Positions 9,297 to 23,052 of a DNA stretch of 64,000 bases are shown one piece after another; position 1 is the stretch's first letter; every line of letters starts with the position of its first letter. Source of the stretch: Polyangiales bacterium (lineage in GTDB: Bacteria > Myxococcota_A > Polyangia > Polyangiales > Polyangiaceae); assembly GCA_038231275.1 (NCBI GenBank), contig JBBRLQ010000022.1, forward strand, positions 67,539-131,538, given 5' to 3'. The position numbers and the translations under genes were made by a program. The notes under the pieces are model-generated. The model was not told the origin of the DNA. It worked only from the letters and a program-made list of their open reading frames with translations, and did not search any database.

Positions 9297-11212
9297 ACGG
9301 CCTTCGCGCGTGGATTGTCGCGGGGGCGACGGCGCTGGTGGTGGCCTGCGGCGCGGCGAACGGCGGCGGCGCGCACGGGCAGGCGATCGGCCGACTGGTC
9401 ATCGTCATCGTGCCGCCCGCCGATCCCCTCCCCTTCGATCCCAGGAGCGTCCGCCTCGCGCAAGCGGCGCGTGAGCTCGCGGACATCGTCGGCGCGCCCG
9501 TGTCGTTCGAGCTCGACGCGGCGCTCCTCCCCGAATACCGCGCGAGCTTCGAAGAGCAGCTGATCGCGTCGATCGAAAACGCCGCGCGCGATCTGGCGTC
9601 GCTGAAGAAGGACGCGCCGCGCGTCTTCGAGAGGGCGGCGCCTTCGATCGGGACGATCGCGTGCCGCTACAAGGCCACCGCCGAGCACGCCGATGCGGTG
9701 CTGTCGCCCGAAGCGCGAACGTTGACCATCACCGAGCCGCCGGGGAGCCGCGCCCTCGTCGAGCGCGGGCTCGTGCGCGAGGCGGTCATCGACGAGTTCG
9801 AGGCGTTCCTCGACCGGCGCTACCACGACAAGGAGCCCGCGCAGGTCCCGGAGGGCGAGCGCGCCGCCTATTTCGAGTACCTCACGCGTACGCGCCCTGG
9901 TCGCGGCAACCTGATCGATTGGCGCGCGCGCCAATCGCTGCAGGGGATGGAGTCCACGGTCCGCGAGCTGGAGGCGCACGGCCAGAGCCTCGTCCGGATC
10001 GCGGCGCTGGGGGAGCTCCTGGGAAAGTCGGTCGATCCGGTGGCGGTGGCGGTCCGCGCGCACCTCGTCGACGAGGCGCGCGACATGGACCTTCGCGAAC
10101 GCACGGACCACCGCGCGATCCTCGACTTGCCGAAGGACAGCCAGTGGAGGCGCGCAGAGGCGACGTACGTGCGATGGCTTTCGACGAACGCGTCCGCCCT
10201 CACGGACAGCGAGACGCGGCGCATGGTGGAGGTGATGTTTCCTGCGATGATCGCGTGCCGCGAGGAGGATGTTCGCGACCCGTGCTGGAGCGAGCCGCCG
10301 TCGTTTCCCGGCTTCGATCGCTTCCAGTTCGGTCTCGCCGTCGTCGACGCGTGGCGGAGCGAGGGTCGGCCGCGCGACGGGATCGGCGACCACTTCGCGA
10401 TGCTCGACGGCGTCGTCTGCCCGCACCAGACCGCGCCGGACGGAAAGAGGACGCGCAATCGAAGCTGCGCGAGCTCCTTCTACCACTACGCGATCGCGAC
10501 GCCGGCCGCGTCCAAGCGCCTCGCGGCTGCGCTCGTGCAGCGCCACGATCCGATGGTGGTCGACGAGGTCTTCGCGAACCTCGAACGGGAGCTGCCGGCG
10601 CGCGTCATGGCCCTGTGGCGTGCGCTCGAGAACGATCCGCCGGAGTGGCAGGCCGCGTCGCACGTCGTCCTCGAGCACCTCCTCAAGGAGGCGCGCTTCG
10701 AATCGGCGATCGTCGACGAGGCCAACCGCTTCTGGCAGCGCGGGGCCGAGCGACGCGGCGTCGCGCTGTTCGCGCTGGGGTGGAAGTATCGAACCACCGA
10801 TCGGCACTACGCCGATCCACAGATGCTCGACTTCCCGAAGCGCTACGGCGCGCCCGTCAGCGAGGGCGAGCTGCGGCAGCTCCTCGCGCTCGGGCCGCTC
10901 GCGGTGCCGCTCGTCCCCGTCCTCTGGCCTGCTCTCGGAAAAGGGTACGCTCGGATCGACGTCCTCGCGCCGCGCCTCGACGCGTTCTTCGCCGACCGGG
11001 GCGCTTCGAGCGGCGAGCCGAGCAAGACGCTGCACGCCCTGGTCGAACGTCTCTGCGCCGACGGTGACGCCGCGGGTCTCGCGCGCCTCCACGCGGTGCT
11101 CGTCGCGCGCGTTCAAGCGCACCCCGACGACGCCGCGCCGCTCGGCACGCTCCTCGCGGACACGACCCACTGCAAGCCCTCGCCCGCACGCGGGCGCAGC
11201 GGATTTCTCTAG
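9293..11212 (+). CDS. Hypothetical lipoprotein, paralog of 7428-9296
   Basis: GTGA overlap start; LVVAC lipobox; shared motifs LPFDP, CRY, FPGFD, VCPH, PRLDAF, CADG. Confidence 0.75.
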   Translation: MNGLRAWIVAGATALVVACGAANGGGAHGQAIGRLVIVIVPPADPLPFDPRSVRLAQAARELADIVGAPVSFELDAALLPEYRASFEEQLIASIENAARDLASLKKDAPRVFERAAPSIGTIACRYKATAEHADAVLSPEARTLTITEPPGSRALVERGLVREAVIDEFEAFLDRRYHDKEPAQVPEGERAAYFEYLTRTRPGRGNLIDWRARQSLQGMESTVRELEAHGQSLVRIAALGELLGKSVDPVAVAVRAHLVDEARDMDLRERTDHRAILDLPKDSQWRRAEATYVRWLSTNASALTDSETRRMVEVMFPAMIACREEDVRDPCWSEPPSFPGFDRFQFGLAVVDAWRSEGRPRDGIGDHFAMLDGVVCPHQTAPDGKRTRNRSCASSFYHYAIATPAASKRLAAALVQRHDPMVVDEVFANLERELPARVMALWRALENDPPEWQAASHVVLEHLLKEARFESAIVDEANRFWQRGAERRGVALFALGWKYRTTDRHYADPQMLDFPKRYGAPVSEGELRQLLALGPLAVPLVPVLWPALGKGYARIDVLAPRLDAFFADRGASSGEPSKTLHALVERLCADGDAAGLARLHAVLVARVQAHPDDAAPLGTLLADTTHCKPSPARGRSGFL

Positions 11213-11233
11213 GGCGTACGAAATCGGCTTATT

Positions 11234-12028
11234 TCAAGCGCGAAACGGGAGCTCGAGCTGGCCACGCGCCTGGATGCGGAAGGCGGCGGGCACGCAGTGA
11301 CCAAGGACCGTCAGCTCCATGCCACGCGCCCGCGGTCGGATCGCGGCGAGCGCGCGCTCGGGTGTGTTGTTGGTGCGCGACATGTGGCCGAGGAGGAGGC
11401 GCTTCATGCGGCTGCCGACGAGGCGCTCGGCGATGTCGGCGGTCTCGTGGTTGCCGAGGTGACCGAGGCCGCCGCTCACGCGCTTCTTCAGGCGCGGCGG
11501 GTACGGGCCCATCTCGAGGAGCTCGCGGCAGTGGTTGGCCTCGAGGAGCGCGGCGTCGCACCCGCTGAAGAGGCGCACCAGCTCGCGCGTGGGCGCGCCT
11601 ACGTCGGTCGCGATGCCGAAGCTCGCCCCGCCGGGACCGCTCGCGGTGACGCGCAGCGCGACCTGCGGTGCGTCGTGCGGGACGGAGACCGCGTCGACGT
11701 GCATGCCGCCGACCGCGAACGTGCGACCCGGCTCGTACGCGCGCACCTCGAAGCGCGCGCGCACACGCTTCGCCTCGATGCCGGGGTGGAGGAACGCCGG
11801 GCACCGGAACGCGCGCAGGAGCGACTCGAGGTGACCGATGTGGTCGCCGTGCTGATGCGTGATGACGATCGCGTCGAGCGCGCGCGTCCCCAAGTGGAGA
11901 CCGAGCGACTCGAGCCTCCGCGCCGACGAGCGCGGCCCGAATCCCGCGTCGACGAGCACACGCGTTCCGCCGGCCTCGATGAGCGTCGAGTTTCCCTCCG
12001 AGCCGCTGCCGAGGACGAAGACGCGCAC
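11234..12028 (-). CDS. MBL-fold metallo-hydrolase (YycJ/WalJ-like)
   Basis: LGSGSEGN, VDAG, THQHGDH, PHDA, LEANH, GHLGN, GHMS..NN. Confidence 0.88.
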   Translation of the reverse strand: MRVFVLGSGSEGNSTLIEAGGTRVLVDAGFGPRSSARRLESLGLHLGTRALDAIVITHQHGDHIGHLESLLRAFRCPAFLHPGIEAKRVRARFEVRAYEPGRTFAVGGMHVDAVSVPHDAPQVALRVTASGPGGASFGIATDVGAPTRELVRLFSGCDAALLEANHCRELLEMGPYPPRLKKRVSGGLGHLGNHETADIAERLVGSRMKRLLLGHMSRTNNTPERALAAIRPRARGMELTVLGHCVPAAFRIQARGQLELPFRA

Positions 12029-12093
12029 GGTCCCGACCTTAGTCCGGAGGACATGCCTTCGCTGCTCGAAAACGCACCGATTCGCAGTAGAGT

Positions 12094-14073
12094 ATGGTGC
12101 TCGACGCCATGGCGCTCCCGACCTCCTGCCCCAAATGCAGCACGCCCCTCGCGGACCAGGCGAAGTTCTGCGGCAAGTGCGGGGCGGTGACCGAAGACAC
12201 GTCGATGCGAACGCTCATGGAGTTCGCGGCGCCGCCGAGCGTTCGCGCGCTCGCCCCGGTCGGAACGGAACCTACGCAGCCCGACGTCCCCGCGCACAAG
12301 CCCGCGGAGGACGGCAAGCTGAAGCAGACGATGCTCGGTTTCTCGGCGATGGAGGTCGTGAAGGCGAGCAGCCCGAAGGCGACGCAGGCGATGGCGCAGA
12401 CTCCCGCCCCTCCCGCAGCGGCACCCCCCGCGCAGCCTCACGGCCCCGCGCCAATGCCCGCCCCCGCGCAGGCACGTGTTCCGATCGGCGGAACCATGCT
12501 CGGCATCGCCGCACCTCCCAACCTGATGGGCTCGCCTGGGCAAGCGACCGCGCAGCCGCAGCAGCACCCTCAGCAGGCGGCGACGCAGGGTCGCGCGCCG
12601 ATCGGCGGAACGATGCTCGGCGTCGCCATGCCCGGGATCGCTCCGACGGCGGCCGGACAGGCGCCGCCGCAGACCGGACCGCGCGTCGGGAGCACGATGC
12701 TCGGCGTCGCGATGCCGGGGATCGCGCCCACGCACGGCCAGGCGCCGGGACGCGGGTCACAGCCGAGGCAACGCGCCGTCGGCGCTCCGGTTCCGCTCGG
12801 TCCGATCGTGCCGGCCCCCGCGCCGCTAATCGACGACGAGCCGCAAATCGCCGCTCCGATGCGCGGCGCGCGGGGTGGCGTGCCGATGTCCGCCGTCGCC
12901 GCGGGCCTGGCGGGCGTCCTCCTCCTCGCTGGCATCCTCGTCGCGATCTTGTGGAAGGGGGCGCCGCCAATCGTCGCGCGCCCGACGCTCGACGCGCAGG
13001 GGCACGAGGCGCTGCACCTGGTCTGCGAAGGATGCCCCGACGGGACGCGCGTCGAGCTCGCCAGCAACAAGACCGAGCTGAAGGATCACCAGGGAGATCT
13101 CCTCCTCGCAACGCCCCTCGTCATCGGAGACAACCCGTTGTCGCTCCAGGTCGTGCGTCCCGGCATGGGCCGCAACGAGGCCGTGAAGATCGTGGTGCCC
13201 GTTTCGTTCCGCATCCACGCCGACATGACCACCCTGAGCGCGAAGCCGCCGGTCATCACCATTCGCGTGGAGGCGCTTTCGTCGTCGAAGGTGGAGCTCG
13301 ACGGCAAGGCCGTGACGCTCGACGCAGAAGGACACGCGGCCGTACCGATCGACGTGACCGCGGAGACGACCGGCCCGAGCGTGGAGACGCGCCGCATCGA
13401 CAAGAAGATCGCGTACGTCGTCACGCACAAGGACGGCCAGGCGACCAAGGGCACGTTGCCAGCGGCGGTCGGGATCGCGCCGCTCCAGCTGGACGCACCG
13501 ACGTCGCACGCCGTCACCGATCGCAAGACGGTCATCGTCGCGGGCCAAACGGGGCCCGGTGACTCGGTCAAGGTGAACGGCGAGGCGGTCGCGCTCGACG
13601 CGGCGGGTACCTTCAACAAGACGCTCTCCTTCGGCGCGGGAGACCTCGCGGTCGACGTCGAGGCGAGCGGGCCGCAGCTCGCGCCGCGCACCGTGCACGC
13701 CACCGTCCGGCACGTCGACAACCTCGACGCAGAGGCGAAGGCGGCGGAGACGTTGCCCCTCGCCTCCTACGACGCGGTGAAGGACGACATCGCGGGCAAC
13801 GCCGGCAAGGCGATCGTGATCGAGGGAGAGATCGTGGATACGCGCTTCGCCGGCCATCAGACGATCCTCGTCGTCACCGATCACCGCGGCTGCGCCGGCA
13901 AAGCGGATCCCAACGCGTGCCTCGCGCGCGTGCTCTTCGGCGGCGAGGACAAGCGCAAGAAGGGGGAGCTCGTCCGCGTCTTCGGGCGCGTCACCCGCGC
14001 GGTGCCGGCGCAGAACGGGCGCAGCGTGCCGGAGATCGAGGCGGACTTCCTCGCCAAGGCGAAGGGCCGTTGA
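12094..14073 (+). CDS. Zinc-ribbon membrane protein with Pro-rich TMLG repeats and beta-rich extracytoplasmic domains
   Basis: CPKC...FCGKCG; repeated TMLG motif; single TM helix (AAGLAGVLLLAGILVAILW); Ig-like and OB-like C-terminus. Confidence 0.8.
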   Translation: MVLDAMALPTSCPKCSTPLADQAKFCGKCGAVTEDTSMRTLMEFAAPPSVRALAPVGTEPTQPDVPAHKPAEDGKLKQTMLGFSAMEVVKASSPKATQAMAQTPAPPAAAPPAQPHGPAPMPAPAQARVPIGGTMLGIAAPPNLMGSPGQATAQPQQHPQQAATQGRAPIGGTMLGVAMPGIAPTAAGQAPPQTGPRVGSTMLGVAMPGIAPTHGQAPGRGSQPRQRAVGAPVPLGPIVPAPAPLIDDEPQIAAPMRGARGGVPMSAVAAGLAGVLLLAGILVAILWKGAPPIVARPTLDAQGHEALHLVCEGCPDGTRVELASNKTELKDHQGDLLLATPLVIGDNPLSLQVVRPGMGRNEAVKIVVPVSFRIHADMTTLSAKPPVITIRVEALSSSKVELDGKAVTLDAEGHAAVPIDVTAETTGPSVETRRIDKKIAYVVTHKDGQATKGTLPAAVGIAPLQLDAPTSHAVTDRKTVIVAGQTGPGDSVKVNGEAVALDAAGTFNKTLSFGAGDLAVDVEASGPQLAPRTVHATVRHVDNLDAEAKAAETLPLASYDAVKDDIAGNAGKAIVIEGEIVDTRFAGHQTILVVTDHRGCAGKADPNACLARVLFGGEDKRKKGELVRVFGRVTRAVPAQNGRSVPEIEADFLAKAKGR

Positions 14074-15368
14074 GGCTCCGCGCGCGCGCCGTCGCGATCG
14101 CGTGCGGTGCCCTCGTCGTCGCCGCGGTCGGCGGCGCGACCCACGTGCACGCGCAGCGCGTCGACCCGAAGCGCGCGACGACGCTGACGGTGGGAACACC
14201 GCGCGGGAGCGCGCCCGCGGCGCGGGTCGACGGCAGGCGCACGGGGTTTTCGCGAACGGCGCTTCCAACGGGCACGCTGCGGGTCGCGTGGCAAAAGACG
14301 ACCGGCGCGAGCCTCGAAGGTGCGCCGCTCGTCGACGCGCGCGGCGACGTCTTGATCGCGACGGGTCGCGGCGAGGTGCTCGCGCTCGATCCCGACGACG
14401 GCATCGAGCGGCCGCACGCGGGCGTCATCGGCGCGGCGCCGCTCGGCGCGATGGCGCTCTTGTCGGATCGCACGGTGGTCTTCGCGACCGCAGCGGGCGA
14501 CGCGCTCGGCTCGCGCGACGGCGTCTTTCGTTTTCGCACGCGCGTCGGCGACGGGCGCGTCGTGACCGAGCGCTCCGGCGCGCTGGCGCTCGATGACGGA
14601 GGCGTGGCCGTCGCGACGGGCACCGAGCTCGCGACGCTCGACGCCGAGGGGCACGTCCGCGCGCGCGCGTCGCTGGAGGAGCCGGTGAGCGTGCCGCTCA
14701 TCGCGACGCCCGGGAAAATTGCGGCGATTACGAGCACCGGCAAGGTGTTCCTCTGGGCGCCGGGCCGCGAGCCAGTGCGCGCGGGGAGCTTCGGCGGCGT
14801 CGTCGACGGGGGCGCGGTGCTCGCCGACGATCACACGCTCCTCGCGATCGTCTCCGGCCAGCAGCTCGTCGAGCTCGATCTCGACCGGGGGGTCGCGGCG
14901 GCGCGAATCGGCGCGGCCGGGCTCCTCCTCGGTCCGCCCGCGGTCCGCGGTGACACCGCCTACGTCCTCGCGTCCCTCCCCGGCCGCACCTTCGCCCTCG
15001 CCATCGACGGGAGCGGCCAAGAGATCGCGCGCGTCGCGGTGGTGACCACGCCAGCTCCAGTCTTGCCTGACGGAGGCGCCGCGGCGGTCGTGGTGGCGCC
15101 CCACACGGGTCCCCTCGTCGACGCCGCCGGCACCCTCGCCTTCGCGACGCCGGAGGGGCGCATCGGCGTGCTCACCAAAGACGGCGCCCTCGATCTCCTG
15201 GGCGACACGTTCTGCCTCCGCGCAGCCGGCCTCCAAGGGCGCGGGCCCACTCCCCCACCCCCGACCGCCGCCTACGCGGGGATGGCTCCGGCAGGCCCCA
15301 ACGCGTTCGTCGTTGCCTGCGAGACGGGCGTCGTGGTCAAAGTGACCCGCGCGCACGCCGGCGACTGA
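14070..15368 (+). CDS. Secreted PQQ-like beta-propeller repeat protein
   Basis: TTGA overlap with the upstream stop; signal peptide ending VHA-Q; repeats such as GAPLVDARGDVLIAT..GEVLALD. Confidence 0.7.
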   Translation: MRLRARAVAIACGALVVAAVGGATHVHAQRVDPKRATTLTVGTPRGSAPAARVDGRRTGFSRTALPTGTLRVAWQKTTGASLEGAPLVDARGDVLIATGRGEVLALDPDDGIERPHAGVIGAAPLGAMALLSDRTVVFATAAGDALGSRDGVFRFRTRVGDGRVVTERSGALALDDGGVAVATGTELATLDAEGHVRARASLEEPVSVPLIATPGKIAAITSTGKVFLWAPGREPVRAGSFGGVVDGGAVLADDHTLLAIVSGQQLVELDLDRGVAAARIGAAGLLLGPPAVRGDTAYVLASLPGRTFALAIDGSGQEIARVAVVTTPAPVLPDGGAAAVVVAPHTGPLVDAAGTLAFATPEGRIGVLTKDGALDLLGDTFCLRAAGLQGRGPTPPPPTAAYAGMAPAGPNAFVVACETGVVVKVTRAHAGD

Positions 15369-15433
15369 TCGGCCGAGGTCCCCGAGACAACTGGCGGATC
15401 GGGCCGCGCGGCACTATAGTCCTCGTTGAAGCC

Positions 15434-15757
15434 ATGATCACGATCACCGAAAAAGCCGCCAGCAAGGTCAAAGAAATTTCCGAGTCCGAGGCGCTCGGAG
15501 GCCAGGGGCTCCGCCTTCGTGTGGTCGGCGGCGGCTGCGCCGGGTTCTCGTACGACCTCTACTTCGAGGACAAGGTCGACGAGATGGATGAGGAGTACGA
15601 GTCGAACGGCGTGAAGCTGTACGTCGACCCCCTTAGCCACCAGTACCTGGAAGAGACGGAGATCGACTACGTCGAGGGCGCGCACGGCTCGGGCTTCAAG
15701 TTCAACAACCCGAACGTGAAGGGCAGCTGCGGCTGCGGCTCATCCGTAAGCTTCTGA
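15434..15757 (+). CDS. erpA: A-type Fe-S carrier (ErpA/IscA/HesB family)
   Basis: ITITEKAA, GGGCAGFSY, GFKFNNPN..GSCGCGSS; ErpA versus IscA cannot be resolved by eye. Confidence 0.92.
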   Translation: MITITEKAASKVKEISESEALGGQGLRLRVVGGGCAGFSYDLYFEDKVDEMDEEYESNGVKLYVDPLSHQYLEETEIDYVEGAHGSGFKFNNPNVKGSCGCGSSVSF

Positions 15758-15838
15758 GCCGCTTCTGACGGCCTCGGGCTACGCGACTTAAGACACCGAA
15801 CCACGCGGTCCGGCATCGGAGGTTCTACGGAGCCTACG

Positions 15839-16786
15839 ATGAAGAGCGTTGAGCACGATTCGGTGGCGCAGTACCTCGCCGAAGTGGATAAAATCCCGGT
15901 GCTTTCGCGGGAGGACGAGCACGAGCTCGCCGTTCGCGCGAAGACTGAACCGGCGGCCGCCTCGGCCCTGGCGCGCGCGAACTTGCGCTACGTCATTGCG
16001 ATCGCGCTGAGCTACCGCCGGTATGGGGTGCGCGTCGGTGATCTGGTGTCGGAGGGCAACGTCGGGCTCATGATCGCCCTGCGGAAGTTCGATCCGTCGC
16101 GCGGCACGCGCTTCGTCACGTACGCCGCGCACTGGATCCGCGCGATGATCCTGGACCACGTCATCAAGAACCACAGCCTCGTGGGCCTCGGCTCGGGACC
16201 GATGCGGTCGAAGGTGTTCTTCCGCCTCCGCCGTGAGCGCGCGAAGGTCGCGGCCGCGACGAACGATCACGAGGAAGCGTCGCGCATGCTCGCGGCGCGA
16301 TTCGGAACCACGCCCGAGAAGATCGAGCTGATGTCGGCGCGCCTGGAGTCGCGTGACGTCTCGATGGACGTGACGACGCGCGAGGACGGCACCGTGACCC
16401 TCCTCGACTCGATGGCGTCCCCCTTGCCGTCGCAAGAGGACCAGCTGGCCGAGCGCGAATATTCCCAGCGCGCGACGGTGCGCGTGCGCTCGGCGATCGC
16501 CGAGCTCGACCCGCGGGAGCGAATCATCATCGAGCTTCGTATGATGGCCGACGATCCGGAGGAGCTCAGCTTGGCGGAGCTCGGACGCAAGCTCGGTGTC
16601 TCCCGTGAGCGCGCGCGCCAGCTCGAGGCCCGCGCCAAGACCAAGCTCCAGCGCCTGCTCACCGATGACTTCGGTCCCGCCCCCGCCGCGACCTCCACCG
16701 TCATCGAGGCCATCGCGCCGGCGCACGAGCTCGTGGCGGCGCCCGACTCGCACGCCACCCTGCCCCTCGCGAGCGAAGCGGCGTGA
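15839..16786 (+). CDS. RNA polymerase sigma factor, RpoH/sigma32 family
   Basis: Region 1.2 YLAEV..IP.LS.E.E; DLVSEGNVGLM; RFVTYAAHWIR; RpoH-box-like KVFFRLR; GVSRERARQLE. Confidence 0.9.
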   Translation: MKSVEHDSVAQYLAEVDKIPVLSREDEHELAVRAKTEPAAASALARANLRYVIAIALSYRRYGVRVGDLVSEGNVGLMIALRKFDPSRGTRFVTYAAHWIRAMILDHVIKNHSLVGLGSGPMRSKVFFRLRRERAKVAAATNDHEEASRMLAARFGTTPEKIELMSARLESRDVSMDVTTREDGTVTLLDSMASPLPSQEDQLAEREYSQRATVRVRSAIAELDPRERIIIELRMMADDPEELSLAELGRKLGVSRERARQLEARAKTKLQRLLTDDFGPAPAATSTVIEAIAPAHELVAAPDSHATLPLASEAA

Positions 16787-16787
16787 G

Positions 16788-16822
16788 TTGACACCATCGG
16801 TCTATCGCGATAGACCGATGGT
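16788..16822 (+). promoter_or_regulatory. sigma70-type promoter overlapped by a perfect 30-bp palindromic operator (probable SahR site)
   Basis: TTGACA 16788-93, 17-nt spacer, TAGACC 16811-16; ACCATCGGTCTATCG-CGATAGACCGATGGT 16793-16822 abuts the ATG. Confidence 0.8.
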
Positions 16823-17763
16823 ATGGCGAGCCTCACGGCCACGGTCACGACGCTTCAGCTCCTGGGGGAGCCGACGCGCGTGCGCCTCATGGCGCTCCTC
16901 GCGCGCGAAGAGCTGACCGTCGCAGAGCTCGTCGCGATCACCGACGTCGGTCAGTCGAGCGTGTCGACGCACCTCGGGCGCCTTCGCGAGGCGGGTGTGC
17001 TGCGCGATCGCAAGGCGGGCGCGTCGACGTTCTACGCCCTGAATGAGGTGGCGATGCCCACCGACGCGCGCCGCCTCTGGACGCTCCTCCACGCCGAGCT
17101 CGCCGACGGGGTCCTCGACGCCGACCGCGCGCGCATGGACAAGGTGCTCGCGACGAGGCGCGCGGCGTCCTGGCCCGACGCGTTCGCCGGCGAGATGGAG
17201 CGGCACTACTCGCCCGGTCGCACCTGGGAGGCGATGGCGCGCGGTCTCCTCGGCCTCCTCCGCCTCGGCGACGCGCTCGACGCCGGCAGCGGGGACGGCA
17301 CGGTCGCGCAGATGCTCGCCCCGCGCGCGCGCTCGATCACGTGCCTCGACAAGAGCGAGCGGATGATCGACGCCGCCAAGGCGCGCCTCACCAAGGCCAA
17401 GAACGTGTCGTTCGAGATTGGCGACGTCGCGGCCCTTCCCTTCGCGGCGCGCTCGTTCGACGAGGTCCTCCTCTTCAACGTGCTTCCGCAAGTGGACGCG
17501 CCCGCGAAGGTGCTCTCCGAAGCCGCGCGCGTGCTGCGCCCCGGAGGCCTCGTCGTCGTGAGCGCGCTCGCCGCCCACGCGCACCCGCACGTGACCGCGC
17601 CCTACGGCGACGTGCAGCCGGGAATCGCCCCCTCCGCGCTGAAGACCCTCCTCAAGAAGGCGGGCTTCTCCGTCGACCACTGCGACGTCACCAGCCGCGA
17701 GAAGCGCGCACCGAATTTCGAGATCGTCACCGCGTTCGCACGCCTCCCCGAAGGACTTTCATC

Positions 17764-17767
<4 letters not shown>
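16823..17767 (+). CDS. sahR: ArsR-HTH plus SAM-methyltransferase-fold regulator (SahR-like)
   Basis: EPTRVRL...[31 protein letters not shown]; coupled to metH. Confidence 0.85.
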
Positions 17768-21432
<3,665 letters not shown>

Positions 21433-21472
21433 GAAGGCCCGCGCGCACGCCTTCGCGTACACAAAAGCCGAA

Positions 21473-21496
21473 CGCCCACGCTTTGGGGCGTGGGCG
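21473..21496 (-). terminator. Hairpin terminator downstream of rnpB (convergent with metH)
   Basis: CGCCCACGC/GCGTGGGCG 9-bp stem followed on the minus strand by TTCGGCTTTT. Confidence 0.6.
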
Positions 21497-21500
21497 CGCG

Positions 21501-21923
21501 GGTCGACGTCGTTCGTAAGCCGAGTTCTGTTCCGCCGGCGCGTCTCCTTGCCGGCGGTGACGATCATTCCTCTAGGACGCGCGTTACCGCGCGCCTCGAG
21601 CAGCCAACCCGCAGGCTCGGGCGAGTCACCCTTTCCGCAGACCTTGCGGTCCACGGGCACCTGCCTATGCGGCCTTGCTCCTGGTGGGGTTTACCTAGCC
21701 ACGGACGTTACCGCCCGCGCGGTGGGCTCTTACCCCTCCGTTTCACCCTTACCGCCCGCGGTTCGCTTTCGCGTCCCGAGGGAGGCGGTCTGTTTTCTGT
21801 TGCACTCTCCTCGGCGTTTCCGCCACCGGGCGTTACCCGGCACCTCACTCTGTGGAGCTCGGACTTTCCTCTCGCCGAGCGGCTTTCACCGCGCGGCCAG
21901 CGATCGTCTGAGCGGCGTCGACC
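21501..21923 (-). ncRNA. rnpB: RNase P RNA (type A)
   Basis: Minus strand has GAGGAAAGTCCGAGCTCCAC, AGTGCAACAGAAAACAGACCGCC, GGGTGAAACGG..GGTAAGAGCCCACC and ACAGAACTCGGCTTAC; P1 ends pair (GGTCGACG/CGTCGACC). Confidence 0.97.
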
Positions 21924-21998
21924 GGCCCAGTTTGAGCATCCGCGGCGCTCGGCGCAAGCCTCGTCGACTCGCGTTCCGTAAACGGGCAGAATCGATGA

Positions 21999-22973
21999 AT
22001 GTCGGGCGCGCTTGGCTCCTGGGTCACCGCTTCGCTCTTCCTGGCGTGCTCGGGCGCGGCGGGGTGCGGGGGCACGGCGGTCACCCTGCACGCGCCACGG
22101 TGCGCGAAGAGCGCCGCCCGCGAAGAGCCCGCGCGCGTCGAAGTAGAGCCCATGACCGCGCGGCCCGACGCGGCGGCGGACTCCAATGTCGCCCTCGGTC
22201 ACCCGGGACCCGCGGAGGTCCTGACGAGCGGGATGAAAGAGGAGCTCTCGGCGCGCGCGCTGACGGGCGGCGCGCCGGGGGGCTACCGCGTGCGGTGCAC
22301 GATGGATCGGTTCGCGCTGCGCGCGCGCGTCGGCATGGTCGGGACGGCGACGATCGCCGCGCTGTACGTGGACCTCGCGTGCGCGATCGAGACGATCGAC
22401 GCGCCCAAGCTCGTGTGGCGGGGCGCCTTGCGCGCGCGTTCGGCGGCGACGGCCACGACGCCGCTCGCGAGCGAGACGGCGCTCGTGCAGTCGCTCGCCG
22501 ATCGCGCGATGAGCGACGCGTCGCGCGAGCTCGCCAGCGATCTGGCGGTGCGCGTCCTCGGGCTCGGCGGCGGGCCGAGCGCGCGCGTGTTCGCGGACGA
22601 AGCGGCGCGGGCGGCGTCGAGCGGCGTCGACGACACGCTCTTCGGCGGCGCCGGCCTCTCCGAGGCCCCCGATCGCGCCGCGCTCGCACTCCCGAGCTTG
22701 CGCGATCTCGATCCCTCCGTCCGCGCGGCCGCGTGGAACGCCGTCGCGCTCGCGATGGGACCCGGCGACCGCTGGTTCGCAGGCGATCCGGTCATGGATG
22801 ACGACGCCGTCGTCCGCTTCTACGAGTACAAGGCCCTCGCCCGACACGCCGAGCCGTCGTCGCTCGCGAAACTCGGGCAAGCGCGCAAACGCGAAGAGGA
22901 GCCGTGGCTGCAGGAGCTCCTCACCGACGCGCTCGCGACCGGCGGTCTCGGGCTGCCCCGGCGGCCTCGGTGA
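21999..22973 (+). CDS. Hypothetical lipoprotein with HEAT-like C-terminus
   Basis: FLAC / AAGC lipobox; LRDLDPSVRAAAWNA repeat-like segment. Confidence 0.6.
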   Translation: MSGALGSWVTASLFLACSGAAGCGGTAVTLHAPRCAKSAAREEPARVEVEPMTARPDAAADSNVALGHPGPAEVLTSGMKEELSARALTGGAPGGYRVRCTMDRFALRARVGMVGTATIAALYVDLACAIETIDAPKLVWRGALRARSAATATTPLASETALVQSLADRAMSDASRELASDLAVRVLGLGGGPSARVFADEAARAASSGVDDTLFGGAGLSEAPDRAALALPSLRDLDPSVRAAAWNAVALAMGPGDRWFAGDPVMDDDAVVRFYEYKALARHAEPSSLAKLGQARKREEEPWLQELLTDALATGGLGLPRRPR

Positions 22974-23052
22974 GGATGCCCGCCGCCCCGCGAACGACGC
23001 TCGGGATTTCCCGCGGACTGGGCGGATAGGCTCGGCGGCGTCGACACGTCGC

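Noticed and set aside
15811..15826. Possible sigma54 promoter before the RpoH-like gene (cGGCATCggagGTTCT)
   Set aside because: Lacks the essential GC at -12
16787..17763. Cobalamin, SAM or SAH riboswitch controlling metH
   Set aside because: Only 36 bp of intergenic space, fully explained by the promoter and palindrome; no riboswitch motifs seen
21490..21981. ORFs crossing 21.5-22.0 kb
   Set aside because: The region is explained by the RNase P RNA gene on the minus strand
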